DNA of 62,415 nt, the filler included, from Sphacelaria rigidula (taxonomy: Eukaryota), in the NCBI GenBank assembly GCA_964200075.2. It is 10 parts of 10 records of this genome, joined end to end, with 100 filler letters (N's around TTAATTAATTAA, not from the genome) between each part and the next. Parts side by side here need not be neighbours in the genome. Positions count along the whole stretch, not along the records: positions 50,014 to 56,164 come from CAXNAA020021916.1; positions 56,265 to 62,415 come from CAXNAA020021917.1; 8 more parts are not named here. One strand, 5' to 3'. The first letter of the stretch is position 1; each line of letters starts with the position of its first letter. The notes below the pieces were generated by a model. It saw only the letters and a program-made list of their open reading frames with translations. It was not told the DNA's origin and did not search any database. Shown here one piece after another: positions 50,785-62,415 of the stretch. The translations under genes and the position numbers were made by a program.

Positions 50785-53230
50785 AAGAAGGGAGTATGGA
50801 AAAATGTTGTGGATGAAACAAACGAAGATTTCGGTGGTGGGATTAAACAAATGTGGGTAGGGATAGAGGGGATAACGGGAAACCAGGCAGGGAAGATAAA
50901 CAATGGGCAAGTCACACTCCGGGCGTCGAACGGTAGAATGGTCAGTAGTTCGAAGTGGAAGAGAGAAATGCAAGTCGAGCTCTACCGTAAACTAGGAACA
51001 CCACAACAAACCCGAAGTTCGACACGGATTTAAAAAAAGTCAACACGTGGACAGGGGTAGATCTAGAGACGTCAAAACGGGAGGGTAGTGGCTCGAAATA
51101 TTTGCAAAGAAAATTTACCAGAGATAAAGTGAAGGTGTGCGTAGCTAAACTCAAGAGCAGAAAGGCAGCAAGTGCAGACGAAATAGTAAATGCATTTTGA
51201 AGTACGGGGGGGAAGGGAATGATCATCATGATGATTATGCTGTATAACTGGATCCAGGGAAACGAGTATACACCCAAGAGGTGAGGAGAAGGAGTAGTCG
51301 CCAATCTTTTCGAAAAAGGAGGCAAAGCCGACCCATGGAATTATAGAGGGATAACGCTAGTAAGCACGGTAGGGGAAACATCCTGTCAAATTCTAAACGA
51401 TAGAGTAGAAACGATGGTAGAACAGGAAGACAAAATCAACGAGGCACAAGCAGGATTTAGACCAAACCGTAGTTGCGTAGACCATGTGTACACACTAAGT
51501 AAGATTATTCAAGGTAGGAAAGACACCTGGCTAACCACGTACTGTTCCTTTCTGGACGTTCAAAAGGCTCATGACACAGTATAGAGAAATGGGTTGTGGA
51601 CAACGTTAAGGGAAACTGGGATCAGAGGAAATATGTGGGGAATGGTGAAGATGACAGAATGTGCCAAAAGTGCTGTCATGCTAGACGAGGAAATATCGAA
51701 TTATTTCGATATCTTACGAGGAGCTGAACAAGGACGTACGTTATCACCCACTTTGTTCAAGGTATTTATCAATGACGTGATGAGCAATAGAAGCAGCAAA
51801 GCAAGGGGTCAACGTGGGTGAAGATACGGTATCATGATTGATGCTCGCGATTGATTTTATGGGGATTTCAGGAACACCGGAAGGGTTATAGGAACAGACA
51901 AGGCGCTAGAATACACTGGGAAATGGAGAATGACAGCGAACGTCAACAATTGCGCGGTACCCGCCTGTAACGGAGATGAGAAAAATCCGGTTGAATTCAA
52001 GTGCGAGTGGGGAGAAGAGGAATTGCCGATCGTAGACCAGTATACATACCTTGCTGTAGATATCTCCAAAAACTGTTTTTGGGATGCACACATGAATGAA
52101 GTATTACAACAGGGTGAGGCACAACTAGGCAGAATGGACGTGATCCTCAGAGACTCGCACCTAGATACTAGGGTTAAGGGATGTATCCTGACGAACGTGA
52201 TTGCACCATAGCTGGAATGTGCCGGAGACGCATGGGTTGGGAACGTGAAGTTGGTGAAGAAGTTGGAATAGCAAAGATGGCAGCAGCTAAGAAAGTACTT
52301 GGATGCTCGAAAAGACGAGTAATACAGCATTGAGAGCAGAGTTGGGAATATGCTCACTTGAAAAAACAGAGACATGGGAAACCTGAGATGGCAATATAGC
52401 GTGAAGAATATGTAGAGAAAGATATTGCCAGCCGTAGTTGATAGGGCTGTATGAAATCAAATTACGAAAGGACAGGCTGGAATAAGGTACACAGAAGTCG
52501 AAAAACTATGGAGGGAGATTGGCGGAAACCAAGACGAAATACTGTCAATGGGTGAAGGCGCGGGGTACGAGACAAAGGTAAAAGGCGGGATAGAAATAAT
52601 CGAAAAAGAAGCGCTCAGACGCGAAGTAGACGAGGAAGAACACCTGGAGATATACGGGTGGTTGAGAGAGGGGATGAGGAATGAAAACATATTGACATGG
52701 CGCAATGGATCCGCCGGAAAATATGAAACTGCGATTTCGGGTGGGGGACCTGGACCTGCCAGAGAGAAGATAGAGATACACCAATCGTCGAAAGGAGGAG
52801 GAAGTAGACAAACAGAAATGCCGCTGGGGCGAAGCAATTGAGAGCAGAAGTCATATAGTGGCAGAATGTGAACTATACAAGGAGAAACGGGACGTGCTGG
52901 AGGGCAAAATGTGGGACGTGAACAAAGGTGGCCTGGAATCGTTTGACGCATTAGACAGTAGGGAGAAAACGATGGCTAGACCAGGAGATGGATGTTGGCC
53001 ACAGATGGCGAAACAGGACGGGGATAAGATACGTGAAAGGTTTTTGTGTGATGTATGGAAGAAACGAAATGAGCACCTTAATGTTGGAGGTGCCTCTATA
53101 TGGAGTGGGATCGGCGCCCCGTCCCGAGAGGGATGCGTGGTCACTAGTCAAACGGGTGTACTCATGATCATGCAAACGGGTGAGGAAATAACGAATGAGT
53201 ACGCCCCCGCCTCCTTCCCCCCCCCCCCCC
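50785..53230 (+). mobile_element. Degenerate 5'-truncated non-LTR retrotransposon (LINE ORF2: RT plus C-terminal Zn-finger) ending in a C-rich tail
   Basis: KAASADEI; KGGKADPWNYRGITLVSTVG; EAQAGFRPNRSCVDHVYTL; FLDVQKAHDTV; GAEQGRTLSPTLFKVFIND; VDQYTYLAV; ESRSHIVAECELY. Multiple stops and frameshifts. Confidence 0.95.
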
Positions 53231-53406
53231 GCGAAATTTCCTTATCCCCCAAACATTTAGGTGCCAATTATGAAACTCTTGTGACCCTCGACCAATTTCA
53301 AATCGTGTTTAGCGGGCGTGGCCGGCGCGTGCCTCTCTTCTATTTGCAGATGGGTAGGGAAAGGCTGATTTGCAATATATTTTCTAGGCAGGTGTGGCTG
53401 ACCCGT

Positions 53407-53830
53407 AACAGCCGATCATCGAGATTGAGGATGAGAACCCGGAGGATGAAATTTTCGTACCCACACCAAATCTTCGAAATATGGTTCTAATCCTTCATCT
53501 ATTGGTAGCTATTGACACGTGCTACACGCCATACAAATTTGGAGTTCGATAACCGAAATATTGGGGTCGTGGGTGTAGGAACAATTTGGGGGAATTTTGG
53601 TAATCCGATCGAATCGCCGAAATTCCCCGGAATCGTTTTTTCACATAGGACCCCAACATTTTGGTGATCGAAATCCAAATTTGTGTAACGTGTAGTACTT
53701 GTCAATAGCTACCAGTAGGTGAGGGGTCGGAACCATAATTTGAAGATTTGGTGTGGATACGAAGATTTTAATCCTCCGGGTTCTCATCTTCAATAAAAAA
53801 CTCCATCCTGAATTTCGATGATCGGCTGTT
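53407..53830. mobile_element. 424-bp fold-back MITE, AAC family variant
   Basis: Termini AACAGCCGATCATCGA / TCGATGATCGGCTGTT. TSD CCGT at 53403-53406 and 53831-53834. Internal arms are homologous to 6541-6984. Confidence 0.9.
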
Positions 53831-55321
53831 CCGTGCGTCTCTTTCGGCAGCGCGGAACCAGCAAGCCTTGCCATCCCAAACCCAACACAAGGCATCTTGC
53901 TGTGATCTGTTGAATATATGTGCTGCGTCGCACACGTTAACGTGCGCTTCTCGAAAACGTTAGTTCAGCCCCAGAGCTGTGCCGTCATGGCTATCTTCTG
54001 CGATGTTTCGGTATCATACTCGTTCGCAGTATATATACCTATATTCGTAACTTATTAACACATTTTTCTCATTCCCATGCCGCTGCCGTTCCACGGACTG
54101 CTGCCATTGTCTACCCTTAAATTTTCTCACACACACATTGCCTCTAGCGAATACGCAGTCTTGGTTGAGATCGCTCTCGCTGAGAGCTCCTTCGTGCGTC
54201 GCAGGCCTTATACGGCTACTAGTTCGCAAACTGAGTTTATCTCTCTGTTTGGTCATACGCGTTCCAGAGCGTTGGCATCGCAACGGGAGGGTTAGTTACA
54301 GAGAACGCTGCTCCACGCCCATGCCTTGTGCCATCAAGCGGTGAACGCGCAAGCGTGAGCCACGATCATGAAATGGGTACACATAGCCGTGACGCATCGA
54401 GACATCAGCAGCGATCGCGCCTGAAGAATTTGTAGACATACATATATACTGCGAAAGATTTAGAAGCAGTGGCGTGAGGGCGTGGGCGTCAACGTTTACG
54501 TCGCTCCTCGCGACTGTTGGGCAACGATGCCTGTCACATGACAGCCAAACTCCATGCTATTGGCTATGCTCTACATTTTTTACATTTGTTTGCTGACCAC
54601 TCGTAGCCAACGAGCGTGTATGTTAAGGTTCTCGAAGAGAAGATCTCAAACTGGCGAGATCATCAGCAGGCTACTACTAAAATGAATCGGTATGGGCGCT
54701 AAAAGGGTTGAAGCTTCGGTACTAGCCATATTTGGAATGGTATTTTCGCTGACCATCCCGTGGGTACAGGGGGGTGCGCATCTGTTCGAAGGAGGTGGGG
54801 CATGTTCGACGACCTGTGCAACGGGCTAGGAAACGAGAAAAATGATGACACAACTGTCAAGCTGGGATAGATTTCGTGCACGCATTGCCTGATCTTGCTT
54901 ATCTCACAGCGAAGCCGTATTTTACCATTTTACAAGGGACACTAGCCGCCGCGCCCTGGTGGTCTGAATTATAATGATAAATTGAAACCAGCTACCGTGG
55001 GAGATTGCTGGTGTGAAACCCGGCTGATGTTTTTTTTTGTGAGAAGTATATGATTTTCGTCATTGAAAACGTCAGGCGCTGGTAGCAAGAATGTTATTTG
55101 ACGAGCGTCGGCGCGGTAAGGGAGTCATGATCCAGCCCGCGATACCAAAAACTGGGGGAGGGGCGATTGACAAATCCCGTGGTAACACGGCCTCAGAAGC
55201 TGCACACGGTACGGTGACTGCAACTACAGGCCGGCTGCGGGTGAAAGCCCGAAACATATTCCCCACCAGATACAGAACGTAGTACTGTCCCGATAAAAAC
55301 ATATTTGGTATCGTAGTGACC

Positions 55322-55446
55322 CCACAAGGGAGCGAAAATCTGATCGTGTTACATTTTTCGCTCCCTTGTGGTGTACTCATGACTATGGCATGCATGATCA
55401 TGAGTACATCACAAGGGAGCGAAAAATGTGACACGACCAGATTTTT
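55322..55446. repeat. Compound palindrome with three alternating copies of CACAAGGGAGCGAAAA
   Basis: Motif on + at about 55323, on - at about 55355, and on + at about 55410. About 48-bp hairpin arms at 55335-55382 and 55399-55446. Confidence 0.8.
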
Positions 55447-56300
55447 TTTCGCGTCCTTCGCCGTGGCGCTGGTCGTGAAAATGTTTCTCCGCCAATCAAG
55501 GGCTATTGTTCTGAAATTGAAATCCGAATTCTTGACACAATTTGTACTCGATCTCATCACGAATCAAACCTTAGTATCCGCCATCACCTACAGAACCAAA
55601 CACAAAAAATATTCGAAACCCGTTTGTATGGGATCGAGTTATACCGCAGACATGGTATTCCGGCGATCTGGGGTTTCGGCGTCGTCGGAACTCTACTGAC
55701 GGTGTGCATCAAAACCCCAGAAAGCTTCTTGACATTTTCTGGTGTATTTTTCGTATAATTGCTCCGATCACCCTCAAACTCGGCAATTTGGGGAGATTTG
55801 GGTGCTCTGAATGAAAAAAACGTCGTTGAAGAATATTGCACAAGTCTATTCGCTCTCCACCGGCTTCTGGGAGTCCCAGCGGGAAGACCCCGCAAAAGCC
55901 GGTACAGACTGCTTCAAGATTGAAAACTCAAATTTGACCCGTCTTGAAAAAGTGTAAGAAACGTTTGTACAACGTTTTGTTGCGTAACTCGAAAAGCGGG
56001 TCTCAAACGGTCGATTTACGCTCAAGCGCACAAGGAAAATGTCGGTAACACACATTAACCCTTTTGGAACTGGACCTCCAGAACGACCAACGAGGCTGGT
56101 TAGTAATGACGTGTCCTGCATATGGATGAAACAGTGGCTTCATTTTGCTAAAAACCAACGTATGNNNNNNNNNNNNNNNNNNNNNNNNNNNNNNNNNNNN
56201 NNNNNNNNTTAATTAATTAANNNNNNNNNNNNNNNNNNNNNNNNNNNNNNNNNNNNNNNNNNNNCGCCTACCATTTCGATCTCTATTATACCAGTAGCTA

Positions 56301-56400
56301 CTGTGCGTGTGCGTGTGCGTGTGCGTGTGCGTGTGCGTGTGTGCGTGTGCGTGTGTGCGTGTGTGCGTGCATGCGTGTGTGTGTGTATGTGTGTGTGTGT
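56301..56400 (+). repeat. (TGCGTG)n / (TG)n microsatellite
   Basis: Direct observation. Confidence 0.9.
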
Positions 56401-56934
56401 TGCCATCTCATCCATCCTGTACTTTGACAGGAATATTGACGTGTTGGTTTACCGCGGGCTCGCCGCAGGTGGCACAAGCACGAAATGCAAATGATGACCA
56501 CTACCAGCACCTGCATGCAGGCTAGATGATGGCCTCGAGTGTACAAATCCCCAGGATTTTTTCGTAGACTATAAGGTGGGGTTCTGAAAACTGATTCCTT
56601 TGGAGAAAGTCTCTGAGAAAAGTCGTCCAAAAGGACTTTTCTCAGAGACTTTTTCAAGTCTAAAAGAAGCGGCCTCAAGAAAAAATATTTCATCGAACCT
56701 CAGTTGGTCTCAACAACTTCTTGACCCGCATCAAATACAATATTATCCTTGGGAAAATTCTCAACTCGAAAACAACATTTCATCCCAAAAACAATTCCGA
56801 CATTTACGCGCATCCCTGTGATTACGTGCCCATAGAAGAGAGTTTCGGATTTTTATTTCCCATCTTAGAGTCAGAGTGCAAGGAAAAATAGCCGGCAACG
56901 GTGCACATTCCACTCTGTTTTTTTTCAGAGCGAT

Positions 56935-57446
56935 TTTTTCAGAGTGCTGTTTGCACCTCTTCAGGCTACTTCTTATGTGTCGAAAAATGAATCTTGTTGA
57001 AAAGTGCATTTTCGACCCTTCTTCATCGTTTTTCGCCCGAAAAGAGGGCCAGGGGGATGTTGACACCTTGGAAAGACTTGCTGTGCTCGTTGAGACCGTT
57101 CCAGAGCGCCACTGCGTTTTCCGTAGGTCACGATTTTGCTCTTGACCAAACTTGCATTTTCAAGAACAGACGGTCAAGTTATCAGAAAACAGGGGGGAAA
57201 CTGCCATTTGTTTGATAATTTGACCGTTTGTTATTGAAAATGCACGTTTGGTCGAAAACAAAACTGTGACTTACGGGAAACGCAGAGGTGCTCTGGAACG
57301 GTCTCGACGACCACAGCAAGTCATTCCAAGGTGTCAACATCCCCCTGGCCCTCTTTTCGGGCGAAAAAGGATGAAGAAGGGTAAGAAATGCACTTTTCAA
57401 CAAGATTTATTTTTCGATACATAAGAAGTAGCCTCACTCTGAAAAT
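56935..57446. mobile_element. ~510-bp fold-back element with ~220-bp inverted arms
   Basis: AGGCTACTTCTTATG...CAAGTTATCA (56963-57184) pairs with TGATAATTTG...CATAAGAAGTAGCCT (57213-57434). The mirror ORFs 56994+ and 57403- are near identical. Confidence 0.85.
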
Positions 57447-57799
57447 CATTGTTCCTCTTCAGAGTTTATAGCGGAACGAAAAAGAACCACGCCCACCTTC
57501 ACCATCATGATCACGGCCGGTCCAAAATCAATGCACCCTGACAAGCAAAGTGGGACATCCGTCATCCATCACAACTGCCACCCATGCTCATCAATCACAA
57601 TGGGCCATTCACGACTTGAAAGAGCTTCGCACCGCAATCAAAGGACCTCCCTGACGCCGCCATGGTATCAGCATTCGCTTGGTTGTGTTGCGTGGAAATT
57701 CAAACGCTCGGCGGGTACACGGCGTTGCCTTGAGTGCAGTTCCTCATTTGAGCTAGCTTCAGCTAGGAGAATATGGTGTGAACGATTCCACACGTAGCA

Positions 57800-59228
57800 C
57801 AGCTCATGAGCTAGCTCATCTGCGGGCCGTAGCTCACTTATAGTCAAACATAAACATGTGAGCTACGCCCGATAGCTCAACACTAGGTAAACGTGCGCTG
57901 ATGAGCTACGAGTTGGTAGCTCACCCAGGACAAATATGCGTAGCTCATGCAGCTCTCATAGCTCACCCAGGGCGAATATGAGCTGATGAGCTACGGGTTG
58001 GTAGCTCACCCAGGGGAAACATGCGTAGCTCATGCAGCTCTTGTTGCTCACCCAGGACGAATCTGAGCTGATGAGCTACAGGTTGGTAGCTTACCTATCG
58101 CAAACGTGCGTGGCTCATAGAGATCCCATAGCTCACTCAGAGCGAACATGAGCTGATGAGCTACGGGTTGGTAGCTCACCCAGGGGAAACATGTGCAGCT
58201 CATGCAGCTCTCACAGCTCACCCAGGGGAAACTCAAGGGGATGAGCTACGCTCGATAGCTTTTCTAAGGCAGACATGTGTAGCTCACGCAGCTCTTGTAG
58301 CTCACCCGGGGAAAACATGAGCGGATATGAGCTACGCCCGGCAGCTCACCCCAGGGACACATGGTCGTGGCTCACTCACGTCATATGCCTAGCTCGCCGC
58401 TGCCAACCCCGTGTCTCTTTATGATGTACATTCTTGTTCGAAGGGATGGCGCCGCATATCATTAGATTATTGTGATGTTTTGCCTCACTGTTCGCGGTAG
58501 GAAGAAAAGAAGCCAACACATATCCTCGTTCGCTTGGTCGGATGGTTAAAATATACATTCACACACATACATATATCCAGTGTCTACGATAATCGATCGA
58601 TTCATTTCTCTTGATCCGTTGGCCGCGAGGGTACGAGCCCATCTGGTCATGCATACGTTATTCAAGTTAAATTGGAGTCGATTCAACAGATGACTTATGC
58701 TCGCCGTCAAGGGGTTAGCCCTTCGACCGCGAGGGTTGGCGATCTGATAAATCAGCATAATTCACTTTATTTCTCGGGTGTGAATGATGTCTATTCAGAG
58801 ACCTCCAACCCTCGCGGTCAAGAGATGAGCAATCCTAGCTCTCACAGCTCACCCAGGGCAATTATTCGCGGCTCACCTAGCTCTCATAGCTCATGTAGGG
58901 CAGACATGTGTAGCTCATGCATTTCTCATAGCTCATTCAGGGCAAACATGTGCAGCTCATGCATCTCTCATAGCTTATCCAGGGCAAACATGCGTAGCTC
59001 ATGCAGCTCTCATGGCTCACCCAGGGCGAACATGAGCTGATGAGCTACGGGTTGGTAGCTCATCCAGGGCAAACATGCCTAGCTCATGAAGCTTTCATAG
59101 CTCACCCAGGACGAATGTGAGAGGATGAGCTACGAGTTGGTAGCTCACCTATCGCAAACGTGCGTAGCTCATACAGCTCCCATAGCTTACCCAGGGCGAA
59201 TGTGAGCTGATGAGCTACGGGTTGGTAA
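57800..59228 (+). repeat. AGCT-rich minisatellite, 85-bp dimeric unit, two blocks (57800-58375 and 58826-59228)
   Basis: GAGCTAC(G/A)(A/G)GTTGGTAGCT(C/T)ACC at 57903, 57988, 58073 and 58158 (period 85). Each unit consists of two related ~42-bp halves. Confidence 0.9.
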
Positions 59229-60249
59229 TATCGGACTCAGAGTGGATGCTTTAGCGTTCCTTACAGGCATTTTGTTTTTTGCTTGAGCACACGTCCTGTG
59301 CATGCAGCTACCGTACAGTACCCCATTCGAGGAATTCGGCGGTCTGGTTGGTGACATACCGCACAAAGCATTTTTACGCCTGGGAGGCATTTCGGAATTG
59401 AAACTGTTTCAGGCACTAATCGGTTCTTCCTGAAAGAGGGGATCTCTTGTTGCAATGGACTGACTACGTCGTTGCGATCAGGTGATGTGTCAAGTTGATC
59501 GTGTAGGTGACAGCTTTCATTAAAGCCACCGCTTCACCAGCTGGGCGCATTACTCCTCGAACTGTGGTGATGTCAAAATCGACTGAAAAGTCAACTGTTT
59601 CGGGTCTCACTCTGAATCGGATGTTACACTCTGAATCTCACGAAAATAGTGTTACATTTGGCGGAGCAACCTGCGGCCAATCACTGCGGCAAAAAATCAG
59701 GTCAAGTCGCGTCACACCAGCTTCCACAATGACATTTTTAGCGTCCACTATGAAGTTTCAAAGATTTCACTCTGCACTTAGGCAGTAGCTCCGTAAGCCC
59801 GTCAAAAAAAAAAAGTAAGCTCCGTTTTTGATTTCTTTACCGGCTTTGCCCTTTGGTTTATGGCTCCTTTTGGTTCAGCGAAAATTTGTGTACTTTATGC
59901 GCCCCCTTCGCGTCCCTGTTGTGTCCTTGTGGCAGTATCCCCTCACGAGGCGCGCCTTCTAGCATGAGGAGAAGACAACAACTTGGGTATTCGAAGTATT
60001 ATAAATTGTTTCTATTTGGAAAATAGGACTTTTCTCCCACTATCGAGTCTGAATGTCACCCCAAACCACCTATCGAAACAACGTGTCCGCACTACGTACA
60101 CGCATGATACATGATGCAGCAGTGGGTCATTGCATCCTCTGGACACCGGGTATTGCAGCCTTTGGTCTCTCGCCCGGCTAGCTTCAAGCTACAAGCTATC
60201 GCCCCCGCCCACCCCATCATGTAACATCAGTCGACATTTGAGATCATGT

Positions 60250-60460
60250 CAAACTTCCGGCTCCGATTATACTTGAGCATGACCGCGGCTTCGATCCGGC
60301 CACCTACTAACGCCCTCTCCTGGTGGGAGAAAAAACACCCCCTCAAAATGGAAAACATCAGATGCATTCCAGAGGAAGCGGACGATTGCTGAATAAGTAC
60401 GATATCCATCGCCACGGGATACCAAGTGGGAAGCCTTGTTTTCTTATCGTCCCAAAGACA
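60250..60460 (-). pseudogene. hAT-like transposase C-terminal relic (QPSSA..ERVFS..MLxYN type)
   Basis: LWDDKKTRLPTWYPVAMDIVLIQQSSASSGMHLMFSILRGCFFSHQERALVGGRIEAAVMLKYNR. Confidence 0.65.
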
Positions 60461-60545
60461 GCATACAACAGTGGATCCTGGAAAATGGGGTCCATCTCAA
60501 AAATGAGGTTGAAGTGGCATTTCTTTTTTGCAGGGATGACGCGAA

Positions 60546-62285
60546 CACACGCGGCCATTCGGCTACCCCCTTAAAATCCTCTTTCGCGATTTTCACCCTC
60601 TCGAGGGTGAAGTAACCCTGCCGAGGATAAGAATACCCTCTAGAGGGTATGTCATACTCGGTTCCGGTCATACAATAGTGCATCTGATGCTCCAGTTACT
60701 TCTGAGGTCTGAATCCCTCCAGAGTACCAAAAATATGGTGCTCTGCAGCACGTGGTGTTCGTGAACGTCCCTTACAGGGGAATATGAACAGCAGAGGGAA
60801 ATATGAGCATAATTCCTGTGGAGAAGGGACCGCCTATGGCCTCTAAGGCATTTGTTGCGACTTCCGAGGACATGGCCGTGCAGTATCCTCCAGCGTGTAC
60901 ATTTACACGGGTGTACTTGTGCCCTAACTGCTTCCAGGGCACCTTTAGGACCATCGCGCCAGATAGATTACCACGATAATAACTCTGCAGCAAAGAGCAC
61001 GAGTTGGGTGCAGGGATATAGATACACACTGCAGTAGTTGGGTATGATGTACGTCTTGTTGGTGGAAGTTTAAACTTGAGCATCTTCTTCCGTGGTCGCG
61101 GAGTCGCGCGGTGCCGGATCAATGCGCGGGGTAGGCTGCGGGCAATAACCGACAGTCGAGAGGCCAAAATGAACAGTGCAGGCAGACAAAGCTGCGCACA
61201 CTGTTCAAGTCCGTTTCACGTCGCACTATAAGTAGAAAACATACATATAGTCCTGCGCTGTCTGTACTGTACTTTGCCCGCTTCCCCTTCACGTTCAACT
61301 GACTGCAGCGGGGAGCATGTGAGCTTGCTGCTAGAACGGGCGTCGTGAAGTATACTCAGTAGCTGACGGTATATAACACCCCCATGCACCCAATGTTACA
61401 GGCGTCCACTTTGTTACCGCGCTAACTCTGCGGTATATTATTCTGCGCGTATATAAGCACGATATGGTACTGTCCTGCACGGCATTGTACAGTTCAGTAC
61501 AGCACCAAACCGTGCTCATTGTTGTGGTCGTCATATCGTCATCAAAGTACACAGTGTACAATCGCCATCGAAGTTTTCGCGTGTTCAATCGAAAAAATGC
61601 TTGAGTATGATTGAAATGGTGAAAACGGGACTACGGGGTTTTCAAAATCTGTATGTCAATAGATACGAGGTTGATCCAGCTACATAGCATGGCTGTGTGT
61701 ACATACACTCGCAATAAGTGTATGGGATCTGTAACCAGCGGAGGCTGTCGAAAACTTCGATTCTCTTGCCCAATTGATAAATGAACTGGGGGGCGAAAGG
61801 ATAAGTTTTCAACACTTTCTGCTGCATCTCGAATCTCATCCACTGATACGGTGCGGTATGTGGGACTTGAACGGCAAAAGATGCTCGCAAATAAGTTCCT
61901 TTTTTGCCCAATTTCAGGTATTGGCGGGAAAAATGGGGATTTATTTCGATCAGCTTTTTGGTGTACAAATTGCATTCGCGAGTGTAGAGGGGATTTGTAC
62001 ACCAAAAAGCTGTTCGAAATAAAAACCATTTTTGCCCGATTCTGAATTTGGAACTAGGAATTATTTCGAAGAGCAGAGGCTGTACGAATTCCAGATTCTC
62101 ACATCACCTATTCCTTAGAAAATCCAGGGGATTTCAATATTGACATATATCTTCGAGGCCCCACAATTCACAATACTCTAGAGGATTGTGAATACCCAAG
62201 ATCCTCTAGCGGGGGTTTCAAAACGGACGGAACCGAGGATGACGTTTGGAAAATCCTCTACAAGGTAGCCGAATGGCCGCATGTG
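60546..62285. mobile_element. 1.74-kb non-autonomous EnSpm/CACTA-like element
   Basis: TIRs CACACGCGGCCATTCGGCTACC / GGTAGCCGAATGGCCGCATGTG. AA on both flanks (possible 2-bp TSD). Subterminal TCCTCT/GAGGA repeats at both ends. Confidence 0.75.
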
Positions 62286-62415
62286 AAACACTCACGACGG
62301 AGCGAGGCCATCTCTCCCCCCCCCAAATGTCCGCAGCAGTCAAGCAGCCGTGGCTAGGTGCACCTAACGAATGCGGTGTACACGCGTGTTGATGACGATA
62401 TCACCAGAGAGAGAA

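Noticed and set aside
59261..59790. Cys-containing minus-strand coding-like stretch
   Set aside because: Interrupted by stops and no family recognised. I looked for Fanzor/TnpB RuvC-Zn motifs here and in the ORF track and saw none.

Overview
Eukaryotic, repeat-rich, intron-rich nuclear DNA. A brown alga or other flagellated stramenopile is my inference from gene structure and transposon style; it is not proven. The window is not one locus. It is ten unrelated contigs of 6151-6152 bp, sorted by length and joined by an artificial 100-nt spacer (N44-TTAATTAATTAA-N44): 1-6152, 6253-12404, 12505-18656, 18757-24908, 25009-31160, 31261-37411, 37512-43662, 43763-49913, 50014-56164, 56265-62415. Three host gene fragments are recognisable: a phase-consistent 8-exon 5' part of nephrocystin-4 (NPHP4) including a predicted GC-AG intron, three exons of a cohesin SCC3/STAG subunit, and the first exon of a CobW/COG0523 GTPase. 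The rest is decayed mobile DNA: two Ty3/Gypsy fragments, a Copia RT-RNaseH end, a long LINE, hAT and MULE transposase relics, and an EnSpm/CACTA-like element. There are also several MITE families with readable TIRs and TSDs, fold-backs, minisatellites and microsatellites. The most unusual signal is a LINE family whose conserved 3' end runs into C-rich or poly(C) sequence instead of poly(A) at five loci, with hints that it inserts into pre-existing C-runs.
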